The notes under the pieces were generated by a model. That model was not told the DNA's origin and did no database searches. It saw nothing but the letters and a program-made list of their open reading frames with translations. The position numbers and the translations under genes were made by a program. A DNA stretch of 64,000 bases from Dolichospermum compactum NIES-806 (GTDB lineage Bacteria > Cyanobacteriota > Cyanobacteriia > Cyanobacteriales > Nostocaceae): the NCBI RefSeq assembly GCF_002368115.1, contig NZ_AP018316.1:305344-369343 (forward strand), read 5' to 3'. The first letter of the stretch is position 1. Each line of letters starts with the position of its first letter. This document shows positions 1 to 10,697 of the stretch, piece by piece.

Positions 1-1362
1 AGGAGACCACTTAGCAGCTTCGCGGATAATATCGTTACCTTCACGAGCCAAGTTACGACCTTCGTTACGAGCTTGAACAACTGCTTCTAGAGCTACGCGG
101 TTAGCTGTAGCACCAGGAGCGTTACCCCAAGGATGTCCGAGAGTACCACCACCGAATTGTAGTACGGAGTCGTCACCAAAGATTTCTACCAACGCGGGCA
201 TATGCCATACGTGGATACCACCGGAAGCAACGGCCATTACACCGGGTAAAGAAGCCCAGTCTTGGGTAAAGTAAATACCACGAGACTTGTCTTGTTCGAT
301 GTAGTTTTCACGCAATAGGTCAACGAAGCCCATTGTGATTCCCCGTTCACCTTCTAATTTACCAACTACTGTACCGGTGTGGATGTGATCACCACCAGAC
401 AAGCGGAGGGCTTTAGCTAATACACGGAAGTGGATACCGTGATTCTTTTGACGGTCAATTACAGCGTGCATCGCCCGGTGAATGTGCAACAGAATACCGT
501 TGTCACGACACCAGCGAGCCAGGGTGGTGTTAGCGGTGAAACCTGCGGTGAGGTAATCGTGCATGATGATGGGCTGTTTGAGTTCTTTAGCGTACTCAGC
601 CCGTTGAATCATTTGCTCGCAGGTAGGAGCGGTAACGTTTAAGTAGTGACCCTTGATTTCGCCAGTTTCTGCTTGTGCTTTGTTAATAGCTTCGGATACA
701 AACAAGAAGCGATCGCGCCATCTTTGGAATGGTGCAGAGTTGATGTTTTCGTCGTCTTTGGTGAAGTCTAAACCACCACGTAAACATTCGTATACTGCAC
801 GTCCGTAGTTCTTAGCGGAAAGACCTAATTTGGGTTTGATTGTACAACCCAACAGAGGACGACCATATTTGTTCAATTTGTCGCGCTCTACTTGGATACC
901 GTGAGGAGGTCCTTGGAAAGTCTTGATGTAAGCTACAGGGAAACGAATGTCTTCCAAACGTAATGCCCGTAAAGCTTTAAAACCAAATACGTTACCTACG
1001 ATAGAGGTTAGTACGTTGGTGATAGAACCCTCTTCAAACAAGTCCAAAGGATAAGCAACATAACAAATATATTGGTTATCTTCGCCGGGAACTGGTTCGA
1101 TGTCGTAACAACGACCTTTGTAGCGATCTAGGTCGGTCAGCAAGTCTGTCCAAACTGTTGTCCAAGTACCAGTGGAAGACTCAGCAGCTACTGCCGCACC
1201 AGCTTCTTCAGGAGGAACTCCGGGTTGGGGAGTCATCCGGAAAGCTGCCAATAAATCTGTATCTTTAGGAGTGTAATCAGGTGTGTAATAAGTTAGTCTG
1301 TAATCTTTAACCCCAGCTTGGTACCCAGACTTAGCCTGAGTCTTAGTTTGCGCGTAAGACAT
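1..1362 (-). CDS. rbcL: RuBisCO large subunit, form I (partial; the 3' end lies beyond the left window edge)
   Basis: Reverse translation from ATG (complement of 1360-1362) reads [76 protein letters not shown]... through ...[40 protein letters not shown]. This is unmistakably RbcL. It is absent from the ORF track only because it has no in-window stop. Confidence 0.95.
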   Translation of the reverse strand, partial: MSYAQTKTQAKSGYQAGVKDYRLTYYTPDYTPKDTDLLAAFRMTPQPGVPPEEAGAAVAAESSTGTWTTVWTDLLTDLDRYKGRCYDIEPVPGEDNQYICYVAYPLDLFEEGSITNVLTSIVGNVFGFKALRALRLEDIRFPVAYIKTFQGPPHGIQVERDKLNKYGRPLLGCTIKPKLGLSAKNYGRAVYECLRGGLDFTKDDENINSAPFQRWRDRFLFVSEAINKAQAETGEIKGHYLNVTAPTCEQMIQRAEYAKELKQPIIMHDYLTAGFTANTTLARWCRDNGILLHIHRAMHAVIDRQKNHGIHFRVLAKALRLSGGDHIHTGTVVGKLEGERGITMGFVDLLRENYIEQDKSRGIYFTQDWASLPGVMAVASGGIHVWHMPALVEIFGDDSVLQFGGGTLGHPWGNAPGATANRVALEAVVQARNEGRNLAREGNDIIREAAKWSP

Positions 1363-2380
1363 ATTTTTCTTCCAAGAAGTCTTTCTTTTTACTATCAAAT
1401 CACGTTATGTGCCACTTCTTCTCATTCCTACTCTTAATTCATTCTTAATGAAATTATAAGTTTTGCTTATGGTTAGGGGCGATCAATTTCTATGGTGGCA
1501 GTATTACTGCTGCACAAATTAGGTTGCAGTCACAATCACCGCAACAAGTTGTTTACCATGTTTCAGACGTACTGTTTGACGCTGTTATTTTTCGTCCCAG
1601 AAATACAAAATCTTTTCATCTTGAGTTTGCATACCCGACTAAATTGGCTTTACAAGCCGTCTGGGGAATTTTGCCTGAAAGCCGCATTCCAAATATAAAG
1701 CTGGTTTGCTGCAATTCTCTTTTTTTTCCTGATGTCTTTACCTAAAGCGGGTAAGGAGCGATCATGAGGCATTTTTCCTGAAGACAAGTTTAGTTAGGGG
1801 ATGAGCAAGAAAAGAAGAAACTGCACATCACGGAATTTGTAGCTTACCCCACAATATATCAATAATTCAATAAGTTATTTTGCAAATTTTGTTAATTGAT
1901 ATATTTAAATTTGTTATTACATAAAGATTTAACATTTTGTTAAGATTTATTTGCAAATGTGTATATCTAAACTCTAGAGAGCTAATGATGTCAGGGCTTC
2001 GTTGTCAATTAATGTAATTTTTAATACTAACTTGAAATGTTTGCTACGGCTTAAAATCTATAGGACTCTCGCTTATCTGTTGGTTATTACACTTAAGCTA
2101 TACTGCAAACAGTTCATAGTTTAACCAAATATGAAACCCCTCTCCAAACCTTTCCAGTATTAAATGTTATTCCTTTTCCCTCTCCTAAGAGGAGAGGGTT
2201 AGGGAGAGGTGCAGGGAGAGGCTTTGAACCTTGTTCTTTGTATGATAAAAAAGTCCAGCTTCTAGCCGTTTTGAGTATAAAGGATGAAAATATTATCAGA
2301 ACAACGGAGGGTTTAGCTTGGTTAATGCCTTCAGTGGGTACGGCTCAACCTCATTTTGGTTTTGGTCGGTATGTGAAATA

Positions 2381-2426
2381 GGAGTCAGGAGTCAGGAGTC
2401 AGGAGTTAGGAGTCAGGAGTCAGGAG
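2381..2426. repeat. STRR (GGAGTCA)n, about 6.5 units
   Basis: ggagtcaggagtcaggagtcaggagttaggagtcaggagtcaggagg in the rbcL/panB divergent intergenic region. The same unit recurs at 12611-12634. Confidence 0.7.
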
Positions 2427-2654
2427 GAAGAATTAGAAGGAGATAAGAATAGTCTCGAATTTGAGAAAGTAATAGTAATATTAGGACTCCTATTTGATTT
2501 TTGAATAAGACTCAGTAGGTATCAATTCTGTATTTCCTGTTCCCTGTTCCCTGTTCCCTTGCCCCAACCACAATTTTTAACGCCCACCTACTTACTTAAT
2601 TGACAATTATCAGTTGACAATTAACAATTGACAATTATCAATGATCAATTCTTT

Positions 2655-3428
2655 ATGGCAGTTACTACCCAACAATTAACTCAATGGAAACAACAGGGAC
2701 GGGCGATTGTTGCGTTAACTGCCTGGGATTATGCGATCGCTCAACTTTTGGATCTAGCTGCTGTAGACTTGATCCTAGTTGGTGATTCTCTTGCCGTTGT
2801 CCTGGGTTATGAAACTACTTTACCAATAACTTTGGATGAAATGATCCATCATGCTAAAGCTGTACGACGTGGGGTCAAAAATGCTCTAGTTGTGGTGGAT
2901 TTACCATTTTTGACTTATCAAGAAAGTATTTCCCAAGCTATGCATTCTGCCGGTAGGGTGTTGAAGGAAACGGGGGCGCAAGCGGTAAAATTAGAAGGTG
3001 GCTATCCCGCAATGGTGGAAACCATTACTCGGTTAGTGCAATCTGGGATTCCGGTTATGGGTCATGTGGGTTTAACACCCCAATCAATCCATCAATTAGG
3101 GTTACGACAACAGGGAAAAACCCAGGAAGCAGGAGAGAGAATTTTCAATGAAGCGATCGCTCTTGAACAAGCTGGTGTTTTTGCGATAGTATTAGAACAT
3201 ATTCCCACAAGACTAGCACTGCAAATTACACAAAAACTCCGTATTCCTACTATCGGCATTGGGGCAGGTTCTAGCTGTGATGGTCAAGTATTAGTGACTT
3301 CTGATATTCTCGGACTTTCGGAAAAACAACCACCATTTGCCAAAGTTTATACAAATTTGCGAGAAACAATTACCAACGCTGTACAAGATTACGCTGTTGA
3401 AGTCCGAGAAAGACAGTTTCCTAAATAG
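2655..3428 (+). CDS. panB: 3-methyl-2-oxobutanoate hydroxymethyltransferase (ketopantoate hydroxymethyltransferase)
   Basis: The translation reads ...[46 protein letters not shown]...VDLPFLTYQ...VKLEGG...GHVGLTPQS...IGIGAG..CDGQVLV, collinear with PanB. The ORF-track start at 2628 is a TTG inside a TTGACAATTA repeat, so the ATG at 2655 is the more likely start. Confidence 0.85.
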   Translation: MAVTTQQLTQWKQQGRAIVALTAWDYAIAQLLDLAAVDLILVGDSLAVVLGYETTLPITLDEMIHHAKAVRRGVKNALVVVDLPFLTYQESISQAMHSAGRVLKETGAQAVKLEGGYPAMVETITRLVQSGIPVMGHVGLTPQSIHQLGLRQQGKTQEAGERIFNEAIALEQAGVFAIVLEHIPTRLALQITQKLRIPTIGIGAGSSCDGQVLVTSDILGLSEKQPPFAKVYTNLRETITNAVQDYAVEVRERQFPK

Positions 3429-3476
3429 TTAATATTCCCGGAAGAATAGCCTTTCATAAGGCTATTGATTCCGAGA

Positions 3477-3803
3477 TTATTGATTGATTTTCTTTTTTTC
3501 TTCCCTCCATTCAGCATCTGCTTTCATCATTCCCTTATAAAGTGCCTCATGTGCTTCAATCCCAGTCCTAATGGACTCTTTTTCTCGCTCTAAGGTAACT
3601 CGTTCCTGAATACCTTTTGCCGCTAACTGGATATTTTCTTCTATTGGTACACCTTCTGCCGTCACCATTGGCGCATACCATGTAGCTTCTGAATCAGGAG
3701 TCCGACGACTAACCAAAATATCTAAAGCCTCCCAGTCATCACGGTTTCTCCGTACATAAGCTCTTAAATCATCTGTCGGCATTTGATCAAAATTAGGTTT
3801 CAT
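3477..3803 (-). CDS. small conserved hypothetical protein (charged, helical)
   Basis: 108-aa ORF converging on panB, with a hairpin between them. The N-terminus MKPNFDQMPTDDLRAYVRRNRDDWEALDIL resembles a small protein family widespread in cyanobacteria. Function is unknown. Confidence 0.5.
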   Translation of the reverse strand: MKPNFDQMPTDDLRAYVRRNRDDWEALDILVSRRTPDSEATWYAPMVTAEGVPIEENIQLAAKGIQERVTLEREKESIRTGIEAHEALYKGMMKADAEWREEKKKINQ

Positions 3804-4077
3804 AAATAAACCTCCAATTTCCTTCAGGAAAGATTAGAATTTCCATTTCATCACCTGCCAAAATGTATACATATCCCTTAATTTCATTAAACCGAATTAA
3901 GTGGATGTCTAGAAAGCTGTTAGAGACCATCTGGCAAACCCTGAGACAGGTTAGGGCTTGTACAGCAGTAGAATTAAAAATGGTAGTTTCCTCAATTGTG
4001 ACATAAATAATCTTAAAACGAATGTCCCAATTTTCGATTACAAGTCACTTCTAACTGTTTTCAGCCCCAATCCCCAA

Positions 4078-5043
4078 TTAAACCAATTTCAAATCAGGAT
4101 ATTCAGCAAACAAATCATCTGATGTCAGTGTATCCCCTTCAGCTTGGGGAGTCCACAGCAATTCAATTGCTAACAGTTGTTCACCGGAAAGACTACCAAT
4201 TTGACGTAAGGCTTGGCGTAAATCATCAGCATTATTAATAGCAGGAATTTCACATTTACCCAAAGTCGCTGCTAATAAAGTGACGATAATATATTCTCCA
4301 GGACCTTCACTAATCAAACGAGTGGGGTTATCCACTTCACCTGGTAAGGCTTCTTTACTAAGAACAGCCTTGAGTTGATTATTGACATTAGAGAGAGTTT
4401 CTTCGCTAAACTTACTGCGTTCAGCTAAAGACAAACGATTAAATTGGGATTCGGCAGAATTTAACTTTGCTTGTTGAGTTCCACTACCTGCATATACCCA
4501 GTATTCAGGGTGACGCAATAAAGCCAAACTAGCCTCTTGTAAAACTTCGCTTCTTCCCTCTGGGGTGTTGGTATCAGCAGTTTCCGCAATCCGATTGAGT
4601 TCTGGTTGTAAATCTCTGGCTTGGGCTAATAAACCAACTTGTAACAGGGTGACAGACACGGAGGGATTGCTGCTATAGCTAACTTCTTCTGATTCTCCAC
4701 TGGTAACACGGCGAAAGGTTTGGACTAAAAAATTCGCCATTGCAAAAAAGATTAAAATCCCAAACAACCCACCAAAACCACCGCCGAAACCCCATAAGGG
4801 TAAAAGAAACGGAAAGCCAAAACCACCACCATAAGGGGCATAGTAGCCGCCATTACCGGGCATACTTGTCCGGGGTGCATAACTTCGGCTAGAAGGCATT
4901 CTAAAAGAACCACCACCAATTCTGCCACCACTACGGGCTGCTAATGCATCATTAGCATGACCAAAAGCCAAAGTTAGCACTAAGCTAAGGATAAAGACGG
5001 TTTTAAATAGGGGTTTGAGGAATCCTTGTATTTTTTTACTCAT
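4078..5043 (-). CDS. membrane protein with an N-terminal signal/TM segment, a Gly-rich low-complexity region and a DUF1517-like C-terminal domain
   Basis: 321-aa ORF with a hydrophobic N-terminus. It has a GGGFGFPFLLPLWGFGGGFGGLFGILIFFAMANF segment, then a non-repetitive C-terminal domain. The DUF1517 assignment is recognition-based only. Confidence 0.45.
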   Translation of the reverse strand: MSKKIQGFLKPLFKTVFILSLVLTLAFGHANDALAARSGGRIGGGSFRMPSSRSYAPRTSMPGNGGYYAPYGGGFGFPFLLPLWGFGGGFGGLFGILIFFAMANFLVQTFRRVTSGESEEVSYSSNPSVSVTLLQVGLLAQARDLQPELNRIAETADTNTPEGRSEVLQEASLALLRHPEYWVYAGSGTQQAKLNSAESQFNRLSLAERSKFSEETLSNVNNQLKAVLSKEALPGEVDNPTRLISEGPGEYIIVTLLAATLGKCEIPAINNADDLRQALRQIGSLSGEQLLAIELLWTPQAEGDTLTSDDLFAEYPDLKLV

Positions 5044-5251
5044 AACACATTTATGGAGACAACTGTATTTTTATGATCACTTCTCCGGTTTTGAAGAAGT
5101 GACACTATCTCTAATCTACCGCGTCTTTTCTTTGTTAGGGTGGAAATAGGGAGAGATTTCTGGCGTTGATAACCGTACAAGGAAGTATCTTGAGAATCAA
5201 AAAACTTTAGAATAAATTAATAATTTTTCATTCTCATTTATGCAAAGCTGA

Positions 5252-5331
5252 TACGGCGGTATGCACTTGGATGAGATACAGTGATTAAATTGCAAAAGCT
5301 GTAGGGTTTCCCCGCCCTCTCAATTGTATTG
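5252..5331. repeat. dispersed GC-rich repeat (GTAGGGGTTTCCCCGCCC...ATTGTATTG family), copy C
   Basis: It shares acggcggtatgcact...gtagggtttccccgccct..attgtattg with the copies at 8779-8926 and 38320-38497. Confidence 0.4.
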
Positions 5332-5410
5332 TTTTAGTTTCCTATCTGTTCCCTTTTTTGTAATTTGGATAATTTATTGATATGAAGTGAATCACAAATT
5401 ATTGAATTAT

Positions 5411-5926
5411 TCAAATATCATAACCCATAATGTAATCATCCAATACAAATCCACTACCAAAATCTTTTATCTGACTATCAATAATTTTAAACCCAAATCG
5501 AGAATAGGCTTTAATTCCTTTTTCATTCCTTTTATTAACATTGAGGATGATTTTTTTGCTGTTCATTGCTTGGGCTTTTTGGCAAATATGAAATAACATC
5601 TTTTGACCATAGCCAAAACCATGTAATGATGGTAATAAGTAACATTTATGTAGTTTTAAATAATTTGTAGTATTTATCGTTTCTGAACCATAAGATAAAT
5701 AACCAACTAATTGAGAATTATGTAAAACTTGATCATAAAAGATGCCTTGGTGATAAATTTCATGTTCAATGACTCCTATGCCATACATTTTATTGAGCAT
5801 ATACTCAATTTGTGCATGGCTGAGAATTGTCGAATAATGGCTATACCAAATCTCTCGACTGATTTTTCTGAGTTCTGCCAAATTTGTATCTAATAACTGA
5901 GTAATGGTAATTGATGAAATATTCAT
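5411..5926 (-). CDS. GNAT family N-acetyltransferase
   Basis: 171 aa ending ...HGFGYGQKMLFHICQKAQAMNSKKIILNVNKRNEKGIKAYSRFGFKI, the acetyl-CoA-binding Q/RxxGxG/A region of GNATs. It lies in a visibly AT-rich local context. Confidence 0.7.
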   Translation of the reverse strand: MNISSITITQLLDTNLAELRKISREIWYSHYSTILSHAQIEYMLNKMYGIGVIEHEIYHQGIFYDQVLHNSQLVGYLSYGSETINTTNYLKLHKCYLLPSLHGFGYGQKMLFHICQKAQAMNSKKIILNVNKRNEKGIKAYSRFGFKIIDSQIKDFGSGFVLDDYIMGYDI

Positions 5927-6070
5927 AGAGAAAATTATATTCTAATGAAAATTAAATTTGATGATTATAAAATAAATTTACCATTTAATTGAGATCATAT
6001 AAAATTCATATTTGATTTTGGAAATATACGGAGAGTGCTACTATTTAGAAAACGAGAGAAAAAAGCAACT

Positions 6071-7507
6071 ATGGCAATGGATGATACATTTGACACCCTA
6101 AATCAATCCTTATCTATCCCCAAAGTCAAGATATTGACGATGTTTCGGCTAGGATTGTTTCAAATGGGGTTGAGTATGATGTCTATCTTGACTCTGGGAG
6201 TGCTTAACCGTGTCATGATTCAGGAAATCGCAATTCCGGCAACTATAGGTAGTTTAGTATTAGCAATACCTTCTTTTATCGCACCGACAAGGATTTTATT
6301 TGGGCAAATGTCCGACGCTAAACCCTTATTAGGTTATCATCGTACGGCTTATGTATGGGGAGGAGCAGGAATATTTGCGATCGCTGCATTTTTAGCGGTA
6401 CAAGTAATGTGGCAGTTAAATGCGGCTAATATTGGTGATAAGTGGACATGGACTACCCAAACCATCGGTTGGACAGCAGTTTTAGGGTTAGTGTTCGCAA
6501 TTTACGGTTTAGCAATTTGTGCTAGTGGTACAGCATTTGCAGCTTTATTAGTGGATATCTCCGAAGAAGACAACCGTTCCCAAGTTGTGGGGATTGTTTG
6601 GTCAATGTTAATGGTAGGGATTATAGTAGGGGCAATTATCAGTTCCAGCTTATTAAAGCAATTAAGCACAGACGCACCTCTAGAAACTTTACAAGCGGCA
6701 ATTAATCGTCTATTTATAATTGTTCCCAGCATCGTTTTTAGTTTAGCAATTGTGGCAACTGTAGGAGTTGAAAACAAATATTCCCGTTTCTTAACCCGTG
6801 CCAATAAAGGAAATCGGGAAGATGGTATTACCTTAAAAGTTGCTTGGAAAATTTTAACAGCTAGTCCACAAACAGGCTTGTTTTTCACATTTTTATTAGT
6901 GATGACTATCAGCTTGTTTATGCAAGATCCCATTTTAGAACCTTATGCAGGGCAAGTATTTAAAATGCCCTTAGCAGAAAGTACCAAACTCAACGTTTTT
7001 TACGGGACAGGGATATTAATTTCCTATGGAATCACAGGTTTTTTCATTGTTCCCCGTTTGGGTAAAAAAAGGACTATAAAGTTAGGTTGTATCTTAGTAG
7101 CAGTTGCCGCTTTATTAATAGGTGTTTCTGGATTTTCTGCAAATCCATCTCTCCTAAAATCAACTTTAGTTTTATTTGGTTTATCTACTGGTTTTGTCAC
7201 TACCGCAGCCGTTACTTTAATGTTAGACTTAACAATTGCTGAAGCCGCAGGTACATTCATTGGCGCTTGGGGACTTGCCCAGTCTTTATCTAGAGGCATT
7301 GCTACGGTAATTGGTGGTACTGTTTTAGATTTAGGACGCAAGTTTTTACCCGATAATTTGGTCTTAGCTTATGGCATGGTATTTCTATTAGAAGCTGTGG
7401 GAATGTTGATATCAATTTGGTTTTTGAATCGAGTCAATGTTACAGAATTTCAAACTAACACAAAACAAGTTTTAGCCTCTGTTCTCGAAAGTGACTTAGA
7501 TAATTAA
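6071..7507 (+). CDS. BCD/PucC-family MFS transporter
   Basis: About 12 predicted TM helices. The N-terminal MFRLGLFQMGLSMMSILTLGVLNRVMIQEIAIPATIG... is typical of the PucC/LhaA (bacteriochlorophyll-delivery-like) MFS branch found in cyanobacteria. The ORF-track start at 6035 is GTG, and the ATG at 6071 is the likelier start. Confidence 0.75.
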   Translation: MAMDDTFDTLNQSLSIPKVKILTMFRLGLFQMGLSMMSILTLGVLNRVMIQEIAIPATIGSLVLAIPSFIAPTRILFGQMSDAKPLLGYHRTAYVWGGAGIFAIAAFLAVQVMWQLNAANIGDKWTWTTQTIGWTAVLGLVFAIYGLAICASGTAFAALLVDISEEDNRSQVVGIVWSMLMVGIIVGAIISSSLLKQLSTDAPLETLQAAINRLFIIVPSIVFSLAIVATVGVENKYSRFLTRANKGNREDGITLKVAWKILTASPQTGLFFTFLLVMTISLFMQDPILEPYAGQVFKMPLAESTKLNVFYGTGILISYGITGFFIVPRLGKKRTIKLGCILVAVAALLIGVSGFSANPSLLKSTLVLFGLSTGFVTTAAVTLMLDLTIAEAAGTFIGAWGLAQSLSRGIATVIGGTVLDLGRKFLPDNLVLAYGMVFLLEAVGMLISIWFLNRVNVTEFQTNTKQVLASVLESDLDN

Positions 7508-7550
7508 CAACTAACAACTAACAAATAAAACATAACCAGGGATACATTCT

Positions 7551-8774
7551 ATGAGTTACTACATTGCGCCTAGTTTTCTTGATAAACTTGCAGTTCATAT
7601 CACCAAAAACTTCTTAAATATTCCTGGGATTCGCGTTCCTCTAATTTTAGGTATTCATGGACGCAAAGGTGAGGGGAAAACTTTTCAATGCGAATTAGTC
7701 TTTGAGAAAATGGGTATCGAAGTCACCTTAATATCTGGAGGAGAATTAGAAAGTCCAGATGCAGGAGATCCAGCGCGGTTAATTCGGTTGCGTTATCGGG
7801 AAACAGCAGAATTAATCAAAGTGCGGGGGAAAATGTGCGTACTGATGATTAATGATTTAGATGCAGGTGCGGGACGTTTTGACGAAGGAACTCAATATAC
7901 AGTAAATACTCAGTTGGTAAATGCCACATTGATGAATATTGCTGATAATCCCACAGATGTGCAGTTACCGGGAAGTTATGATTCCAATCCTTTATGTCGT
8001 GTACCCATTATTGTCACCGGAAATGATTTTTCTACTCTCTATGCACCATTAATTCGTGATGGGAGAATGGATAAATTTTATTGGGAACCAAACCGCGATG
8101 ATAAAATAGGAATTGTGGGGGGAATTTTTGCACCTGATGGACTTTTAGACCGAGAAATTACCCAATTAGTTGATACTTTTCCTCATCAATCTATTGACTT
8201 TTTTAGTGCTTTGCGTTCTCGGATTTATGATGAACAAATTCGTAGTTTTATCCATCAAATTGGGTTTGAAAATGTCTCTTTAAGAGTTGTTAATAGTTTA
8301 GAAGGTCCACCAGCATTTAAAAAGCCAGATTTTACACTCTCTCATTTAATTGAGTCTGGTAAATTTATGGTTGGTGAACAAAAACGGGTAGAAACTTCTC
8401 ATTTAGTAGATGAATATAATCGTTTAAATCGCGGTAAAGCTTCTCAAGCAAGTTTACCTGTTGTGGAAAGTCCAGTTAGCAAACCTACGGTTAATCAACC
8501 TACTCATCTAAGTTTAGAAACTCAAGAACAAGTTCGCCAAATTTTATCTCAAGGTTGTAAAATTGGCATTGAACACGTTGATGAAAGACGGTTTCGGACA
8601 GGTTCTTGGCAAAGTTGTGGTTCTTTTAATATTGATGCCCATTCCGATGCTATTTCTACTTTAGAATCTTGTTTATCTGAATATAATGGTGAATATGTGC
8701 GTTTAGTAGGAATTGACCCACAAGCAAAACGACGGGTAGTAGAGACAATTATTCAGCGTCCCAATGGTAAGTAA
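7551..8774 (+). CDS. rca: Rubisco activase, cyanobacterial type (AAA+ domain plus C-terminal small-subunit-like SSUL domain)
   Basis: Walker A GIHGRKGEGKT, then an AAA+ body (LMINDLDAGAGRF...IIVTGNDFSTLYAPLIRDGRMDKFYWEP). The C-terminal ~90 aa (CKIGIEHVDERRFRTGSWQSCGSF...YVRLVGIDPQAKRRVVETIIQRPNGK) is RbcS-like. Proper ATG start. Confidence 0.85.
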   Translation: MSYYIAPSFLDKLAVHITKNFLNIPGIRVPLILGIHGRKGEGKTFQCELVFEKMGIEVTLISGGELESPDAGDPARLIRLRYRETAELIKVRGKMCVLMINDLDAGAGRFDEGTQYTVNTQLVNATLMNIADNPTDVQLPGSYDSNPLCRVPIIVTGNDFSTLYAPLIRDGRMDKFYWEPNRDDKIGIVGGIFAPDGLLDREITQLVDTFPHQSIDFFSALRSRIYDEQIRSFIHQIGFENVSLRVVNSLEGPPAFKKPDFTLSHLIESGKFMVGEQKRVETSHLVDEYNRLNRGKASQASLPVVESPVSKPTVNQPTHLSLETQEQVRQILSQGCKIGIEHVDERRFRTGSWQSCGSFNIDAHSDAISTLESCLSEYNGEYVRLVGIDPQAKRRVVETIIQRPNGK

Positions 8775-8778
8775 TTAG

Positions 8779-8926
8779 TAGGGGCGGGGTTTCCCTGCCC
8801 TGGATTGTATTGTATTCTAAAGATATAGCGTTTTTCAATTCAGTGAGGTACAAGAACCCCAACCCCCTCCCCGCAAGCGAGGAGGGGGCTATAATATACT
8901 CGATATGATTAGAAAACGCTATAACT
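8779..8926. repeat. dispersed repeat, copy A (GTAGGGGCGGGGTTTCCC... plus a CCCCCTCCCCGCAAGCGAGGAGGGGG hairpin core)
   Basis: About 150 bp after the rca stop. The termini are inverted (atagcgttttt ... aaaacgctat). The core aagaaccccaaccccctccccgcaagcgaggagggggcta is nearly identical to 38421-38465. Confidence 0.5.
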
Positions 8927-8936
8927 GCTATATTAA

Positions 8937-9722
8937 CTAAACTGGAGTTAAAAATAGATTAGCTTCTGCTTGTCTTCTGCGTCTTAATCCAGCTTCTACA
9001 TTGCTACCGGGATTTCTGTATTTCAGAAAAGTTTCTTCAATCTCATTCCATTTCTTATCTCTCAAAACTCTAGTCATGCTTGAGAAGTTGGAACTGCCAT
9101 AGAAGTTAGCACCCAAGTTATAACCAAAACTCAATAAAGCACCCTGTTGATTGGCGTTTAATTCATTCCAAACCGGAATTTTTTGCAGAGGTGGAAGATA
9201 GCTATTCTCTAGTTGAAGCATCAATAAATCATCTGCTTCTTGTTGAGTGATGCTTTCACCTAATTTCCAGTTACTACCATCTCTTTTTTTAGTAGTACCC
9301 CAACCAATGGTGATAGGTAAATTACCACTGAGAGGATCTGGGTAAGCTTTTAAATAACAACCTTCAAATTCTTTAATCAGAGGAATTCCTGGAAGTGGTA
9401 GTTTTCCAGTTGTCCCACCAAAACCTTTTTTAGGGGCGCTTACAGTAGGGGATGATGTAGATGATGCTGCGCTTGTTGTTGCTTCTCCCAGGGCATTATT
9501 TAAGGCATTTTGAGTATTTTTCCCAACGATACCATCGGCTTCAAGTCCTTTTTGACTTTGAAATTGTTTAATGGCTTTGAGAGTGTTATTACCAAAATCA
9601 CCATCTATTTTTCCTGGGTTTAGATTAAGTGCTTTTAAGATTTCTTGGAGTTGTCGAACTTGTGATCCTGTGGCACCTTTCTGGAGAGTTTCACCGCTAT
9701 TGAGATTTAATTTGCTAGGCAT
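8937..9722 (-). CDS. peptidoglycan-binding domain protein fused to a GH24 (phage-type) lysozyme domain
   Basis: N-terminal PG_binding_1-like repeat (GSQVRQLQEILKALNLNPGKIDGDFGNNTLKAIKQFQ...), a Ser/Thr linker, then LIKEFEGCYLKAYPDP...ITIGWGTT, which matches the catalytic E...D...T of GH24 lysozymes. Confidence 0.7.
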   Translation of the reverse strand: MPSKLNLNSGETLQKGATGSQVRQLQEILKALNLNPGKIDGDFGNNTLKAIKQFQSQKGLEADGIVGKNTQNALNNALGEATTSAASSTSSPTVSAPKKGFGGTTGKLPLPGIPLIKEFEGCYLKAYPDPLSGNLPITIGWGTTKKRDGSNWKLGESITQQEADDLLMLQLENSYLPPLQKIPVWNELNANQQGALLSFGYNLGANFYGSSNFSSMTRVLRDKKWNEIEETFLKYRNPGSNVEAGLRRRRQAEANLFLTPV

Positions 9723-9970
9723 TGTGTTATTATGGGGACTGGATTTAATCAGTTTAATAATTAAGAAAAAGCAAATTTAAAACTTACTTTTTACCTATAA
9801 CAATAAGTAAACAATTTCCATCCATTTTTGTGAATGAATTTTTGATATTTACTAGTTGTCTGTTCTCAGCAGTAGAATCATTATTGCAGTCATTGCCAGT
9901 TAATTCAACCAAATTTTAAAAACTTAACAAATTATTAGTAAATTTCTAGATAATCTCACAAATTTTAGCA

Positions 9971-10522
9971 TCATTTGCCGGATGGTAGAAACGGAAATTT
10001 TGATTTAATATTCCAGCAGTTGCCATCATGCAGGAGTAGAGTTAAATGAGTTACTGTGCATTCAGAATAAAACTGACGCTGGACAAATTCTGGCCAAGCA
10101 GTCCGAAAGCTTTCCATTGTTAAATCCCGAAATGCTACTGTGAGATGGGGGATAAAGGGGCGAGTTTTTCCGACTTGATCAATAATCCCTAAGTTGGTTT
10201 GTAGATGTGTAACTAAATCTGTTTGTAAATTCAAAAGTGGTTGACTTTTGACTACATCCATGTATATAACACGAGGCGGAAAGGCAGCAAACCCGTTGAA
10301 TGTGATGGAAATTGATTGCTGTTGAATAGCGAATGTTTCCAAAGATGTTTCTAGACTCAATAGGGAATAATCTGCCCATTCAAAGGGCGGCTGTAAGGTA
10401 ATATGGGGGGGTGATTTTTTAGCACTGTAGGAGGCATATTTATCTGCAAAATACTGTTTAATTTCGTTTGCATATTCTTGGATATTTTGTGGTGGTAAGA
10501 GGGCAACGAAAAAGCGACTCAT
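9971..10522 (-). CDS. 2H phosphoesterase / 2'-5' RNA ligase (LigT-like) family protein
   Basis: Two H-x-T/S-x motifs at the expected spacing (PPHITLQPPF and IPHLTVAFRD) in a 183-aa protein. Confidence 0.7.
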   Translation of the reverse strand: MSRFFVALLPPQNIQEYANEIKQYFADKYASYSAKKSPPHITLQPPFEWADYSLLSLETSLETFAIQQQSISITFNGFAAFPPRVIYMDVVKSQPLLNLQTDLVTHLQTNLGIIDQVGKTRPFIPHLTVAFRDLTMESFRTAWPEFVQRQFYSECTVTHLTLLLHDGNCWNIKSKFPFLPSGK

Positions 10523-10697
10523 TTAATTCTCCTGCTTTTACTACATAATTATACAGTATGGATGTGTAAATGGGTAGCGTGTGGCTATGGAATATTACAT
10601 AAATCATAAAAATATATGAATCAGCACAAATATGATAACAAATCATGATATTTTGTGATAAATCAGAAATTATTCATTTAAAATCTCATCTGAAGAT

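Noticed and set aside
1492-1745. Two overlapping + strand ORFs (68 and 73 aa) in the rbcL upstream region
   Set aside because: They have no similarity to anything recognisable. They lie in the long rbcL 5' leader and promoter region, which is expected to be non-coding.
2381-2426. CRISPR array possibility for the tandem short repeats (here and at 25906-26004, 35101-35191, 45223-45257)
   Set aside because: The units are 7 nt with no spacers. These are the STRR heptamers of heterocystous cyanobacteria. No repeat-spacer array or cas gene is present in the window.
6502-7341. Two minus-strand ORFs (143 and 105 aa) inside the BCD/PucC transporter gene
   Set aside because: They are antisense shadows of a GC3-biased membrane-protein gene and show no motifs.
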